A stretch of DNA of 64,000 bases, taken from assembly GCF_964355755.1 (NCBI RefSeq), contig NC_092679.1, forward strand, positions 3,626,201 to 3,690,200, given 5' to 3'. Positions 38,728 through 52,082 of the stretch are shown here, piece by piece; position 1 is the stretch's first letter, and each line of letters starts with the position of its first letter. The translations under genes were made by a program, and so were the position numbers. The stretch is from Antedon mediterranea. Lineage: Eukaryota > Animalia > Echinodermata. Under the pieces are notes generated by a model. The model was not told the DNA's origin. It was given only the letters and a program-made list of their open reading frames with translations, and did no database searches.

Positions 38728-39155
38728 AGCTCTGTTTACACTATCAAACCCCTGATCAAACTAGTTTGACAAAAAAGTGATGTGCCTAAATATTGTAGTG
38801 ATATGCCCAAATATGGAAGTGATATATGTCAAAGACTGATTTCCCAGAGGGCCCAGTTGGTGATCAGTGGCTGTGATGTACTAATACACCGGGGTAACCC
38901 CCTACTCGTCTCGAAAGATGTACTAGGTTCTTTAAAGTGCACACGAGCAAGTTGTGTACACTGGACCTACGGTTTATAGTCCTTATCCGAGAAGACTCGT
39001 TCTACCACCAGAACCATGGAGTAAGTGAGCCTCGAACCCCTGCCGATGTTATGGCTACGTGATTACGGTTCCACTGTCTTAACCGCTCGGCCACTCACTC
39101 ATAGTGTCCATATTATGGGCACATCACATTTTTTTGTCAAAGTACAGACAGACCT
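38728..39155. mobile_element. Harbinger-type MITE, family A, interrupted by a SINE
   Basis: Left TIR at 38728. MITE internal sequence resumes after 39100 (GTCCATATTATGGGCACATCAC). Degenerate right TIR. Confidence 0.7.
38828..39100 (-). mobile_element. tRNA-derived SINE with Deu/Nin-like core
   Basis: A box TGGCCGAGCGG, B box GGTTCGAGGCT, core CGGATAAGGACTATAAACCGTAGGTCC..GCACTTTAAAGAACC. Confidence 0.75.
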
Positions 39156-40199
39156 TAACAGTTGAATCACAGTGAATTTGATGTGATAGGATCCAATAAC
39201 TTAGTGTTGATATTAGTCAAAAAAAGTATTCTTAAAACTAAGTATTATCCAGTGTTTTTAATTAAAAAACTGAGAGGAAGTTGAAGTAATAGTATTTTGG
39301 TCCTGCAACAACATTTTTTTTTCAAAACAGATAAATGAAGTGGGTAAAAAACTATTGACATATGAATTGAAAACTGACTACAGTAACAACATAAATAAGA
39401 TTTTAAGATTTAAATTGTGAAATAAAAAATATATTATTATTGCAATTATTTCAGCGTGTGTTTATTTCATTTTATGTAAGAAATATTTAAAAAGAAATAT
39501 TTCTTTCTAATTATCTAGTTTAGTCTCTTGGAACTTGTGCAGTGCTTGGTGCATTTAATAAATTATTCTTGATAAACATCGATTGTAAAAAAGTAATACA
39601 TTATTTTAATTTAAAGTTAATTTAGGCCTACAGTATCATCATAAAGACTTATCTTTTTGTAAAGATCTTAGAAATTTAAAAACCAATTTACTTGTTGTCC
39701 ATACTATCTAATTTATTGTCATGAACTTTATTGGTTCTCTGTAGAGGCCTACTAATAAACTATTGTAACAAGAACAACCACAGTAGATGCAAACCTACGT
39801 CCAATCTAAGGTATGGGCACTATAATAATAATAACAGTACTGTATATTGAATCATTATTATTAGAACTTAGTCCGCTAAATGACGGTCTACTTTAACCAG
39901 GCTTGAATAGTCCTAGGCCTAAAAACTGTATCTAATTCAAATGCACCGCGCTCACAGCCACACTGACCGGTATTCGCCAGATAACAAACAGGAAAAAGCT
40001 TGCGTAGGCGAGAAAAGCCATGTTTTCTATGTTGTTTCAGTATATAGAACAGCTATATTAAGTATTACACAATTTTAGAGAAATGAAACAAGGATAGTTT
40101 GTATAATAATACAGTAAAATCTCAAAATATTAAACTGAAAATCCAAAATATTTTGTTCAGCAAGATTGCGGTAAAGTAGAACCATTATACTCTCAACAA

Positions 40200-40281
40200 G
40201 GTAGCGTGGCCGAGCGGTCTAAGGCGCTGGTTTTAGGCACCAGTCATTTCGATGGCGTGGGTTCGAATCCCACCGCTGCCA
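40200..40281 (+). tRNA. tRNA-Leu (anticodon TAG)
   Basis: GGTAGCG/CGCTGCC acceptor stem, anticodon arm CTGGT-TTTAGGC-ACCAG, long variable arm, T-loop GTTCGAATC, downstream T-run Pol III terminator. Confidence 0.95.
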
Positions 40282-40959
40282 GATATTTTTTATTTACTAT
40301 TTCAAATTTTTTGTTCTTTCTTTAAATTCGTTTTTTTTACATTTAAATTTCGTAAATAGATACATTTTTTGTAGAGTACAAGAATTTTCTTTTATAATTT
40401 TTCTTTAAACATTTTTTTATGATAATAAAAATAATTATATTTTTTTTTAATTTACCAGAAATAGCCTATAATTTATAAAAATTTTTTTTATTTAACAACA
40501 CCAAAAAAAAAAAATCATCCTAGCCTTCTAAAGGTTATATGCTATTTAATATTAAGCCAATTTTAAGTCTATCGAATTCTTTAAATTAAATACTAGGTAT
40601 AATAAAAGGATCTGCAGACGCATGTGAATAAATAAAAAGAACCATATCAAACTAGAAATAATTTACATTCATTTCACTAAATCGCCACAGTGTTAATTAC
40701 AATACATAAATACGAACAACGTACTATACTTACAATACAATATATTTATACAGATCGTTGCACTGGACTCAATATGTCACTCACATTCATTCATCATCGA
40801 CAAATTTATAAAATTCAATTCACTTTTGTCAAAATTGTCCACAAATAGGCGGAACAGAATACATACATAATACATCGACATCATTGTATATAGTCTACAT
40901 ATCAAAAACAAACTTCATTTCATTTATTTATTTAACCAAAAAAACATAAGATAAAATAC

Positions 40960-42687
40960 AACCAATTTGATTGCACTTGCACACAGTGATAATAAATAGG
41001 ATTCAGTTTAGCACTGTGCGCTACCATACCCATTTTGATTGCACTACTTGCACACAGTGATAATAAATAGGATTTAGTTTAGCACTGTGCGCTACCATAT
41101 TCATTTTGGTTGCACTCGAGCACAGTGATAATAAATAGGATTTAGTTTAGCACTCTGTGCGCTACCATATCCATTTTGGTTGCACTCGCACACAGTGATA
41201 ATAAATAGGATTTAGTTTAACACTGTGCGCTACCATATCCATTTTGGTTGCACTCGCACACAGTGATAATAAATAGGATTTGGTTTAACACTGTGCGCTA
41301 CCATATCCATTTTGGTTGCACTCGCACACAGTGATAATAAATAGGATTTAGTTTAGCACTGTGCGCTACCATACCCATTTTGATTGCACTTGCACACAGT
41401 GATAATAAATAGGATTTAGTTTAGCACTGTGCGCTACCATATTCATTTTGGTTGCACTCGCACACAGTTATAATAAATAGGATTTAGTTTAGCACTGTGC
41501 GCTACCATATCCATTTTGGTTACACTCGCGCACAGTGATATTATAAATAGGATTTAGTTTAACACTGTGCGCTACCATACCCATTTTGGTTACACTCGCG
41601 CACAGTGATAATAAATAGGATTTAGTTTAGCACTGTGCGCTACCATATCCATTTTGGTTACACTCGCGCACAGTGATAATAAATAGGATTTAGTTTAACA
41701 CTGTGCGCTACCATACCAATTTGGTTGCACTCGCGCACAGTGATAATAAATAGGATTTAGTTTAGCACTGTGCGCTACCATATCCATTTTGGTTACACTC
41801 GCGCACAGTGATAATAAATATGATTTAGTTTAGCACTGTGCGCTACCATACCCATTTTAGTTACACTCGCGCACAGTGATAATAAATAGGATTTAGTTTA
41901 GCACTGTGCGCTACCATATCCATTTTGGTTACACTCGCGCACAGTGATAATAAATAGGATTTAGTTTAACACTGTGCGCTACCATACCAATTTGGTTGCA
42001 CTCGCGCACAGTGATAATAAATAGGATTTAGTTTAGCACTGTGAGCTACCATACCCATTTTGATTGCACTCGCACACAGTGATAATAAATAGGATTTAGT
42101 TTAGCAGTGTGCGCTACCATATCCATTTTGGTTGCACTCGCGCACAGTAGTGATAAATAGGATTTAGTTTAGCACTGTGCGCTACCATACCGATTTTGGT
42201 TACACTCGCGCACAGTGATAATAAATAGGATTTTATAGTTTAACACTGTGCGCTACCATACCAATTTGGTTGCACTCGCGCACAGTGATAATAAATAGGA
42301 TTTAGTTTAGCACTGTGGGCTACCATACCAATTTGGTTGCACTCGCGCACAGTGATAATAAATAGGATTTAGTTTAACACTGTGCGCTACCATACCAATT
42401 TGGTTGCACTCGCGCACAGTGATAATAAATAGGATTTAGTTTAGCACTGTGCGCTACCATACCGATTTTGGTTACACTCGCGCACAGTGATATAAATAGG
42501 ATTTAGTTTAGCACTGTGCGCTACCATACCAATTTGGTTGCACTCGCGCACAGTGATAATAAATAGGATTTAGTTTAGCACTGTGCGCTACCATATCCAT
42601 TTTGGTTGCATCCGAGCACAATGATTATAAATAGGATTTAGTGTAGCGCACAGTGCTAAACTAAATCCTATTCATTATCACTGTGCC
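40960..42687. repeat. 68-bp satellite array (~25 copies) with terminal inverted partial unit
   Basis: Unit GC(A/G)CACAGTGATAATAAATAGGATTTAGTTTAGCACTGTGCGCTACCATATCCATTTTGGTTGCACTC; period 68 (e.g. 41191 to 41259). 42647-42687 is a reverse-complement partial unit. Confidence 0.95.
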
Positions 42688-42978
42688 GGTCTGAAAATAA
42701 TATCATTTTTGTTATTTGTGAAGTTATTAATAAACCAATTTTGTTGATTTTCAATAGGCATATAGTCTACACCCAAAAATTCAGAATGGTAACTTGAAAA
42801 CTGTAACGTGCTAACAAACAAACAAACAAACAAACATACAAACATACAAACAAACAAACATACAAAGTAAATACTGTACTTGGCAAAATTGTATTTTGCC
42901 AAGTTAGTAACAAACAAACAAACAGACAAACAAACACACGCGGTCGATTACATGTACCTCATTGGCGGAGGTAAAAAA
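42688..42978 (+). mobile_element. 3' end(s) of Helentron/DINE-like non-autonomous element adjoining the satellite
   Basis: (AAAC)n microsatellite, 12-bp-stem hairpin ACTTGGCAAAAT-TGT-ATTTTGCCAAGT (42878-42904), and a second hairpin TACCTC..GAGGTA (42955-42973) followed by an A-run. Homologous segment on the minus strand at about 61210-61350. Confidence 0.6.
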
Positions 42979-43509
42979 TGGTTTAATTCAATTATACATT
43001 AAATAAAAGGTTTGCGGATGACACTCCGACTAAAAATAAATAAATGAATTGGTTGTATGATATATACAGGTGGTGTAAACTTCCTGATTTATATGCCTGT
43101 GATCTGTTGGGTTATTTTGTTTGTTTGATATATTGACGTATCTTGTTTAAACTCTCTAAAAAAATAATTGCCTCTGTCGCCTACAACTTGTTTGATTAGT
43201 AACGTTCATTATGAGCTGTTCATTCATACTAAGCCGACTACCACCACCACCACCACTGCACAGTCTTTTATATTATTGAGTAAATCTATTATGTTTAGTA
43301 GCCATTTAATATCACTAGTGAAGCATAGAGTTCGAGGGCGACGAGACAATTAGAACGCGAGATACAGTCAGAATGCTTAGTTGTGTACCAAAGAACCATA
43401 CTTTATGATCGAATGATTATATATGAAATGTGAAATTCATTTTACATTCGAAGACATTTTGCTATTACCATGAAGATCTTAGTGAAGTAGGATATATAAG
43501 ACTGTCGTG

Positions 43510-46500
43510 ATGGTTTCTATTTGTACGGCAACCGTTGCTCTCGTTACGATAATTTGGGGTGTTGATACAGGTAAATTGTAGGCTTGTTGTGACATTATTG
43601 ATCTCACATTAGTATAATAATCCATCGTTATAGGCCTATCCATCAATGTCTCTCTGCGTCATGATTTGCAAAAAAAAAACTATGGAACTTGTTCTTGGTT
43701 CTGGTGTAAGCTCCTACGGTACTGGTTCAGGTTAATTTAAAATCGTCTACCATGACAGGTATACCATTTGAACCAAAGGCGTCAGAGACAGGATTAATAG
43801 ATGGACCATCAGAGCCTACTAATTACATCGACTACGCTAAAGCTCTGTCTACACTATTTTATGTGACAAAAAAATGTGATGTGCCCATATACTGTATGAA
43901 CATGAAATTGTCATATCACTACCGTATTTGGACATATCACTGCCATATTTGAGCACATCACACAAACCATGGAGCTATAAAATGTTATAGCTCCATGCAC
44001 AAACCAGTTTGATAGTGTAGACAGAGCTTAGTGATAGGTGTTTAGTGTATACAGTAACAGTGTAGAACCGATCCTTTTGGGACACACCTTCAAGAGACAG
44101 CCCTATAATTCAGGACACCAGGGTAATATATTAAAATTATGGGCAACCCTTATTAAAGGAACACCATGTTAAGACATGTTTGGCCTCGAAGGTATCCCCT
44201 AGTAGTTGTTCTTCTGCTGAATTCATGTATCTCTGTGGGTAGAGGAATGTTTCTATTTAACGAGTAAAATAAGTTAGCTTAAGAAGTATATTACAGTATC
44301 TTATATTCTCTGGTAAGAGTAATTGAGTCAATTACAAAATGCAACATCATTATAATGTTAGGTTATTCATTACTGTTTCTTATTGTAGCATTTGTATTCC
44401 CTAAACGTATGCAGTTAATATTCGAATTAGAATACAATTTTGGTTTTATAATGTATGTATTCCCTTATTGACTAATCAATTAGTATTGTCTAAATGTTCT
44501 ACGGATATGCGTCATAAAAAAATAAAATATTCCTCTACACAATGATGTCTAGTATAACGAATTCTTTTCGGTATTCCGACCTTTTATTATTTCTCATACG
44601 GTTGATGAGTCCATTAAAAGCAAAATTTTAAATAAAAAACCACAAAGAATGTGGGTTAGTTCGGTACCAGTTGGTAATAATAGAATAAAGAACTTGATTA
44701 TTTTGCTAACACGACAGGCATTATTATGAATAAAGGCAGCTATCAGAATTCGACGTGAATACGACGTCCACACAATAGCAATGAATCTATCGTAACTATA
44801 AATAATACGTCAATATGTTTTTAATGAATATATTTATTATTTTGCTTAGTCATTTTCTCTTTTTTAACACACGATGTCTAGGCTATTAAACTGTCAAACA
44901 ATATAGTCAGTTGATGTAATAAATATAGACTATATTCTCTCAAAATATGCATGATAATAAATGTTATTTTGTTTTTATTTCATATACTGCAGCAACGGCA
45001 CAAACAGAGTAAGTGAATGTAGGGAATTTTGAATAATTGTACAAGTATATAAATGAATGGTCAACAACAATAGAACAAATATTAAAGTTTTGTTTTTTTT
45101 TAAATTAAAAAATTTTCAAAAAAATTTTCAGTGTCAAAGTTGATTTTGTTAGCTTAATTAAAAATTACGTCACCAAAGTAACGACTTCATTTTTGTTGGG
45201 GAAGTGGAATTACAAATAAAGGGGAGGGGGATGGTCAATGGTTGATATAAAATGATGAATTTTTGATAATTCAATTCATATTTTATTGGGCTAATTCATA
45301 TAGAAATAAAAACCAGAACATCATTGTTAATACACTGCAGTTTAAAATACAATATTTAAAACAATAGTAAAGTACAGACAATATTTAAAAGTTATAACAA
45401 ATAATTCATATATACAATATACAAATTTGGCAAAGAATAATTGTTGTATCATTTCTATAGTTACAAGAATGTAAGAACGACGTTTGAATTTAATTTGAAC
45501 CAAGTGTACGTTACAGCAGAACCAACCATGGTGGATGATGAGGCAGGGTTTCGATCGTAAGTGCCATACTCATTGTTTTAGGCCTACTTAGTATGTTACA
45601 GTACGTCTGCCGCCTATAGATACATGACTGTGTCTGGCGGTTATAGCATTAGTTGAGTGATAAGAATCCCCGTCCTGTAGGCTAAGTGGAAGGTTGTTCG
45701 TATCCGTTCTTGTTTGGTTAGCCGTTCTCGATTGAGAACTTCAGTCCGTCATTGACTGAAGTTGACATATTGCCTTTGCGTGAGTGAGACCAATTGGTCA
45801 AATATTTTGCCCTACTCTGACGTAATTTTTACTTTATACTAAGTAAGTTTGTGAGTAATTCTCGGGTGGGACTTGAGTAATTGGTTAGATGTTTTGCCCT
45901 ACCCTGACGAGCAAGATACTCCACAGTAGTTAAATACAATTACAACCCTGAGAGAGACCAGCAACGTATGTATCATAGTTATTACATTTTTTGGTGAGAG
46001 ATGATACTGAGATAATGTTCCTAAATGTTCCTAGAATGTACTACCAATTGTTAGACGCCATTTTTAAAAATTGTAATAACAATGTATGTTATCGTTCAGG
46101 TCTGTTATTTCACATATAATGAAAACGTTCAACGCAACTATAGAGGACACTAAAGTAAGTGTGTGTTACCATTATCACCACCATCATAACAACAACATGT
46201 CCAAAGAATTAAGCAATGGTCAGTACAACCATCAGAGCTGACCACATCGACACTAATCACCACCATAATGACCAACATCTATGTACAAGGCATTGGTCAG
46301 TACAGCCATCAGAGCTGACCACATCGACACTAATCACCACAATAATGACCAACATCCATGCACAAGGCGTTGGTCAGTACAGCCATCAGAGCTGACCACA
46401 TCGACACTAATCACCACCATAATGACCAACATCCATGTACAAGGCATTGGTCAGTACTACCATCTGAGCTGACCACATCGTCATCGACACTAATCACCAC

Positions 46501-49500
46501 CATAATGACCAACATCCACGTACAAAGCATTGGTCAGTACATCCATCAGAGCTGACCACATCGACACTAATCACCACCATAATGACCAACATCAATGTAC
46601 AAAGCATTGATCAGTACAGCCATCAGAGCTGACCACATCGTCATCGACACTAATCACCACCATAATGACCAACATCCACGTACAAAGCATTGGTCAGTAC
46701 AACCATCAGAGCTGACCACATCGACACTAATCACCACCATAATGACCAGCATCCATGTACAAGGCATTGGTCAGTACAGTCATCAGAGCTGACCACATCG
46801 ACACTAATCACCACCATAATGACCAACATCCACGTACAAAGCATTGGTCAGTACAGTCATCAGAGCTGACCACATCGACACTAATCACCACCATAATGAC
46901 CAACATCCTTGTACAAGGCATTGGTCAGTACTACCATCTGAGCTGACCACATCGACACTAATTACCACCATAATGACCAGCATCCATGTACAAGGCATTG
47001 GTGAGTACAGTCATCAGAGCTGACCACATCGACACTAATCACCACCATAATGACCAACATCCATGTACAAAGCATTGGTCAGTACAGCCATCAGAGCTGA
47101 CCACATCGTCACCAACACTAACTCACCATCATTGTAATTAATCAACATTACCATATCATCACTATCATTTTATGTACTTTCACTATTATATATTTATATT
47201 TTAGTCTACTCTGTAGCAATGTTAGTATACTTAGGCATACGGGAGTCACGACTTAAAGTTCAGTGAACTTACTGTGACTTCCATCCACCCACATTTAATA
47301 TATGTTATGTTATGTAAATGTAAATGATATATATATATATATATAAGTGAGTGGAAAAAATAAATAAACGAAACGAAACGAATCATGAAACAACACCAAC
47401 ATAATCATAATATATTTTGCTTTTCTTCAGGTTTCGCCCGACTCAAGATGGGAAACGATTCAAACATCTTACAAACTAGTAACGAATATAGAAGAGACGT
47501 ACTCGTTAGCTGTTCGAGATAATATGGAATTAGTAGTAAGTATTTTACCCATTCAATATTTTCGGAGTTGAACCTGGGCTTAATAGGCACTAAGCTAATG
47601 TGCCACTCTAAAATACCAGACAGTATTAACACAGTCTACATTGCGGTACTGTATATATTTAACTTATTTAACAATTATAATTATTTCCCACATTAGAAAA
47701 TCTCTACAGGTAAACGCGTGATAAAAATCGATTTTCGATTCAAAGGGACTTTAGTGTCCACAATGCCAAGCAGACAATTTATACATTGATTATGGCTACA
47801 ATTCACACATTTTGATTCCATGTGATGTTACCATCAAAGATACCATAATTCCGTGAAATATATGAAAACATCAGTGTTGCAAATAGAAGGGCAAGGGTAT
47901 AGTCTGACAATTAGCAGAATGACGAAATATTAAAAAATAAGTCGCATATGTTATGTAGGCCTAATATTTATTGCTATAAACAAAGTAGAGAAGATCAATA
48001 AAGGTGTGCAAGTTAAAGCTCTGTCTACACTATCAAACTAGTTTGACAAAAAAAAGTATGATGTGCCCAAACATAGTAGTGATATTCCCAAATGTGGTAG
48101 TGATATGACATCATCATGTCCATATATGGGCACATCACATGTTTTGTCACATAAAGTTTGATAGTGTAGACCAAGGCTTTAGAAACACAAATGTATGGTA
48201 GCAGACGATGACTCTCGCAAATGATTTAGTTTTTTTTGCTGTTGGGTTGTCTCATTGCAGTAATGGCATATTAGGCCTATATAATAATAATATTACTGTA
48301 TAATAAAAGAGAGGACGGGTGTTTACTAAATAGCTGCGACTTATGGTTATTTTTTGTTCGAGCACTCTAAGAACTATGGATAGAAAGTCCCTGCATTGAT
48401 TTAAACGTCACAGGTATAGCCTGTAGCCTATGTGGGGGTGACTCGAACATTACTCGCGCGTACGTTTTTAAACAAATAAATTAAGCATTTAAATATGACA
48501 AATGATGTTTAAATATGTTTTTTTTAGATTGGTCTTGGCGAGTACGTGTTCTCGTATAATACCATCGTTTTCAAAAGTGATACTAAAAGCCTTATTACGA
48601 AAGAATCTTGGAAAGAAACGTGGTACGAAATAGGTCATCAAATACTCTACGCCTGCATAGTTGCCATTGTCAGTATATCAATATTTGCCATAGCCGTTTA
48701 TTATACAGTAAGTGCAAATACAGTACTGTCGCAGTACAAAACATGGAAGGAGAATTTGTTTTAATAGATCAGTTTGCTATAAAGCTCTGTCCGAACTAGT
48801 GTGATTTTCCCATGGTAGTGATATACCCAAATATGGTAGTGATATGACAACATTATGTCCATATATGGGTACATCACAATGTGGTCACATAAAGTTTGAT
48901 AGTGTAGACAGAGCTTTAGATCCAGTATAGGCTCACTTTCAAATCCAGGATGCAGTTATACTTAAATGTTTAACATCTTAATTTTTAGTGTCGATGGGGA
49001 AAACGACGACCGGCCACTGAAGGACGATACATTTTAAACGAAACCCCGCGCACGAGTAGGGTTATTACGTCTGGTAGCCTTTACTCACCGGAAATGACGT
49101 CAGAAGAGGCAGAAAATAATCTCACAACCACTGTCGAAATGAATGGGCATGCGCAATCGAATGGTGGACTACCAGAAAAAAAGGATAATATAGAAATGGA
49201 GGGAATAAATGTGAGCTATTATTGTTTTTTTGGATATGATTAAATTATTCTGTGTATGTGAGACCATAAAAACTAAGACGACAATGAAAACAATAACAAA
49301 TGTATTTATTTATTTCTTTTATTTCGGATAGTACATCCCTATACAAATCATACAAACAAAAAAACAAAACATTTCACCAGGAATTAACAATATAAACTTC
49401 CACAAAAACAACCTACAATATCCTAAAATATCAATTTGCACCAACGCTGATGTAGGTTGGATTGTGGAAGTACATTAACTACCGGTATGGTTTAATCATA

Positions 49501-49942
49501 CCATTACAACTGTCATGATTTCTTAAACTATTGTTCCTACAATATTCATAGAATAATGAAATAAATAGATTTTTGAAATTATGATGATTGTGGTGTGCGG
49601 TGAAGTTGATGATATGATGATGATAATGATGACGATGACTAAATTGATGATAATAACGATATCGTCGATGAAAACGACGTCGATGGTAATTGACAATGTG
49701 AAAGAAGACAAGATAGTCTTCTCCAGTTTGGAGTCAATTTGATGTCAATCATCGACCCAGTCCATAGTCATCGAATGATACGTGTTATCATTACCATTTA
49801 CCTTCTATTTCAGCAGGAAACATCTCAAGCTAACGGTGGAACAGAAAACAAAGGTTTTGAGAAAGAAGAGAACTCGATGTTTGCCAAACTCGTGTATTCC
49901 GAGTATTCGGTGCCACCAAAATTTTCAGATGAGTTTTTATAA
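43510..49942 (+). CDS. single-pass type-I membrane protein with short SEA-like ectodomain (paralogue A), 8 exons
   Basis: Exons 43510-43570 (signal peptide MVSICTATVALVTIIWGVDT), 44993-45008, 45461-45556, 46100-46154, 47431-47535, 48528-48707 (WKETW then TM ILYACIVAIVSISIFAIAVYYT), 48989-49210 (CRWGKRR..) and 49814-49942 (ENKGFE..DEFL*). All phases are compatible. The SEA-like call is inference. Confidence 0.75.
43841..44028. mobile_element. Harbinger-type MITE, family A, with 30-bp nested hairpin insertion
   Basis: TIRs present. Nested CATGGAGCTATAA-AATG-TTATAGCTCCATG (43968-43997) flanked by a CACAAAC duplication. Confidence 0.8.
46213..47110. repeat. 77/83-bp intronic minisatellite (~11.5 copies)
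   Basis: Unit GGTCAGTACAGCCATCAGAGCTGACCACATCGACACTAATCACCACCATAATGACCAACATCCATGTACAAGGCATT. Some units carry an extra GTCATC. Confidence 0.95.
48017..48178. mobile_element. Harbinger-type MITE, family A
   Basis: TIRs and shared internal sequence. Confidence 0.75.
48783..48915. mobile_element. Harbinger-type MITE, family A (left part deleted)
   Basis: AGCTCTGTC ... TTTGATAGTGTAGACAGAGCT. Confidence 0.7.
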
Positions 49943-52082
49943 TACAGCTAAAAAAAAAGTAGTGCACCCGTGGCGAGAAAAACTACTGATTACTTTTTCG
50001 GCAAATGCGAGAGTTGAGGCTCAGCAATATTAAAATTAAATCTTTAATGAATGAAGTTTTCTCATACGGCGCATGCAAAATACACAAAATACAACATAAT
50101 GGAGTTTAGTAAAGAAAATAAACGTATATTTATCAACTGTATGTGGGTTCAGTCCTGTTAGTAGGCCCATGATTGAACATATAACGTCACGTAAAAGAAA
50201 CGCGCAAACATGTCGTCATGCATGGAAGGATTCACATTGCGGATTGATATATAAAAAAAACCTTTTGGTTCTTTGCACCATTTTCTTTGTTTTCTTTGAC
50301 GTCGTACTATTTAAATACATGTGGACACTAATCTAATGGAATTTGTAAGCACACGGCGGATTTTATTTGTTGTAAAAAATGCCATGAAGAGCAGAGAGAC
50401 GGAGTATTGCTGGCACGGTAAGAGAAGTAGTTTAGTATTAAGAACATTAAGAAATCGGGAAATACAAGAGCTTTCGGATCAAAATACAATAGTAGGCCTA
50501 TGATTAAAAAATAATGTGAACTTGTTTGTTATTGTTGAAGCCAAAATGAAACGCAACGGAACTGTATGAACACGGCATACACTAGCCTTCGACGCTAAGT
50601 AGCACTTTTCAATTTTAAGTGTCAATTGTAACATATCTGTAAAACGAAATTATATAGCTTTTATTTACTCATTTATTTATAAATACACGCGCATGCGTAT
50701 TTGATGGGCGTAGTTAGCCTACCAAACCTTCAGTATGACGTAGTGACAATTACAAATAGCAATAAGTACATGATGATGCATATTATAAATTTGTTTATTT
50801 ATATATTTGTAGATAATTTTAATGGTAATTAACTTACTGTAAAGGAAAACATTATTCGAATTTAATTTTAAAATATGAAATATTTTAAACATCTGCGAGG
50901 ATACCTTGACTGTTAATACTGTATAAATATTATATTATATTGCATAAACAAGTTATTAAGTTATAAGATATTCTAGATATTGATTTAATGTAATTGTTTG
51001 TGTAATGGTAGAGAAGATGTGGGTGAAGGAAGTCAATGGTGTATCATGAAAGGTTATCATGGTACACACCGACTCCCTGTTCAGTTATGAAATATCAGTT
51101 ACGAATCTAGCCAATCAAGTGGGTCATTTGGTCGTATGGGTTTTTTAAAGTTAAATTTTATATAATAAATCTAGTAATTAATAAATGGGTGTGTCCTGAG
51201 ACAACCGTACTGCTGGTCGCGCCCCTGTATCATAAGTTAACAAAGTTCTACAAAGATATCTAGTTTTTAAAAATATTCAAAACAAAAAGAGGTTTGTTGT
51301 CTCGTTGCTTTTTTGTTATCAAAACATAGAATATGGAGATGAATCAGCATTGTAGATTTTTATTGGCCGTTTAGTGCTAAATAAATTTTAATAAAACATA
51401 TTTTATAAAATAATTATTTGGTTTGGCATTTTCAGAATTAAATGAAAAAACGTAGACTTGCTGACTGTATGACCATTTATTATAATTGGAAACGAAAATG
51501 TCCTAATTTTGAGGTACTTATAGAGGAACCATTTTCCTCAAAAACATCATTTAAAAAAACAATGGAGGAAATTTCCTCTATAAAAAAACTATATTACTGA
51601 CATTTTAAAAAAGAATTCATACAAGATTTCCCAGGATAGCCCGAATAATAAGAGCTTATTTCCATTGGTGTGTATATTATGTACCAGTGGCCGTATTTAA
51701 CAATAGATATTTGAAAGATAAATACAAGTATTTCCCTTAATTTATATTCACTTTTAATTGTAAGTGTTTCCCTCAGCCTAAGTGTGAATGGTGAATACGG
51801 CCACAGGTCCATGATGATGTGTACTAAGATCATGACTGAGTAAGAGGTGAGGATTAGTACAGTACACATAGGTCACTGACGTATGTAAACAAAAGAATTA
51901 GCGTCACAAAAAACACTATTCTTAAAATTCAGTGAAATATTTTAAGCTTAATTTAGGTTATCCACTCATGCACACCTTCAGCTCTTCTTTGTCAAGGCAA
52001 TACTATCAAAAATGATAATACAGTAGGTGGTTTTTGATAGTCTTCCCTTCACATTTTGCATGGAAGTAGTAAACGGTCGAAA

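Noticed and set aside
39030-39100. tRNA genes at the SINE heads (also ~25750-25823 and ~58060-58128)
   Set aside because: A and B boxes are present, but there are no proper acceptor or anticodon stems and they run into SINE bodies.
40960-42687. CRISPR-like array (palindromic repeats at regular spacing)
   Set aside because: The sequence between palindromes is itself repeated, so there are no unique spacers. No cas genes, and the context is eukaryotic; it is a satellite.
46281-46946. His/Thr-rich ORFs in the ORF track
   Set aside because: They are translations of the 77-bp minisatellite. The unit is not a multiple of 3, the frames shift, and the array lies in an intron.
47205-47266. Extra exon for paralogue A after the minisatellite
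   Set aside because: In-frame stop in the required phase, and 46154 already splices in phase to 47431.
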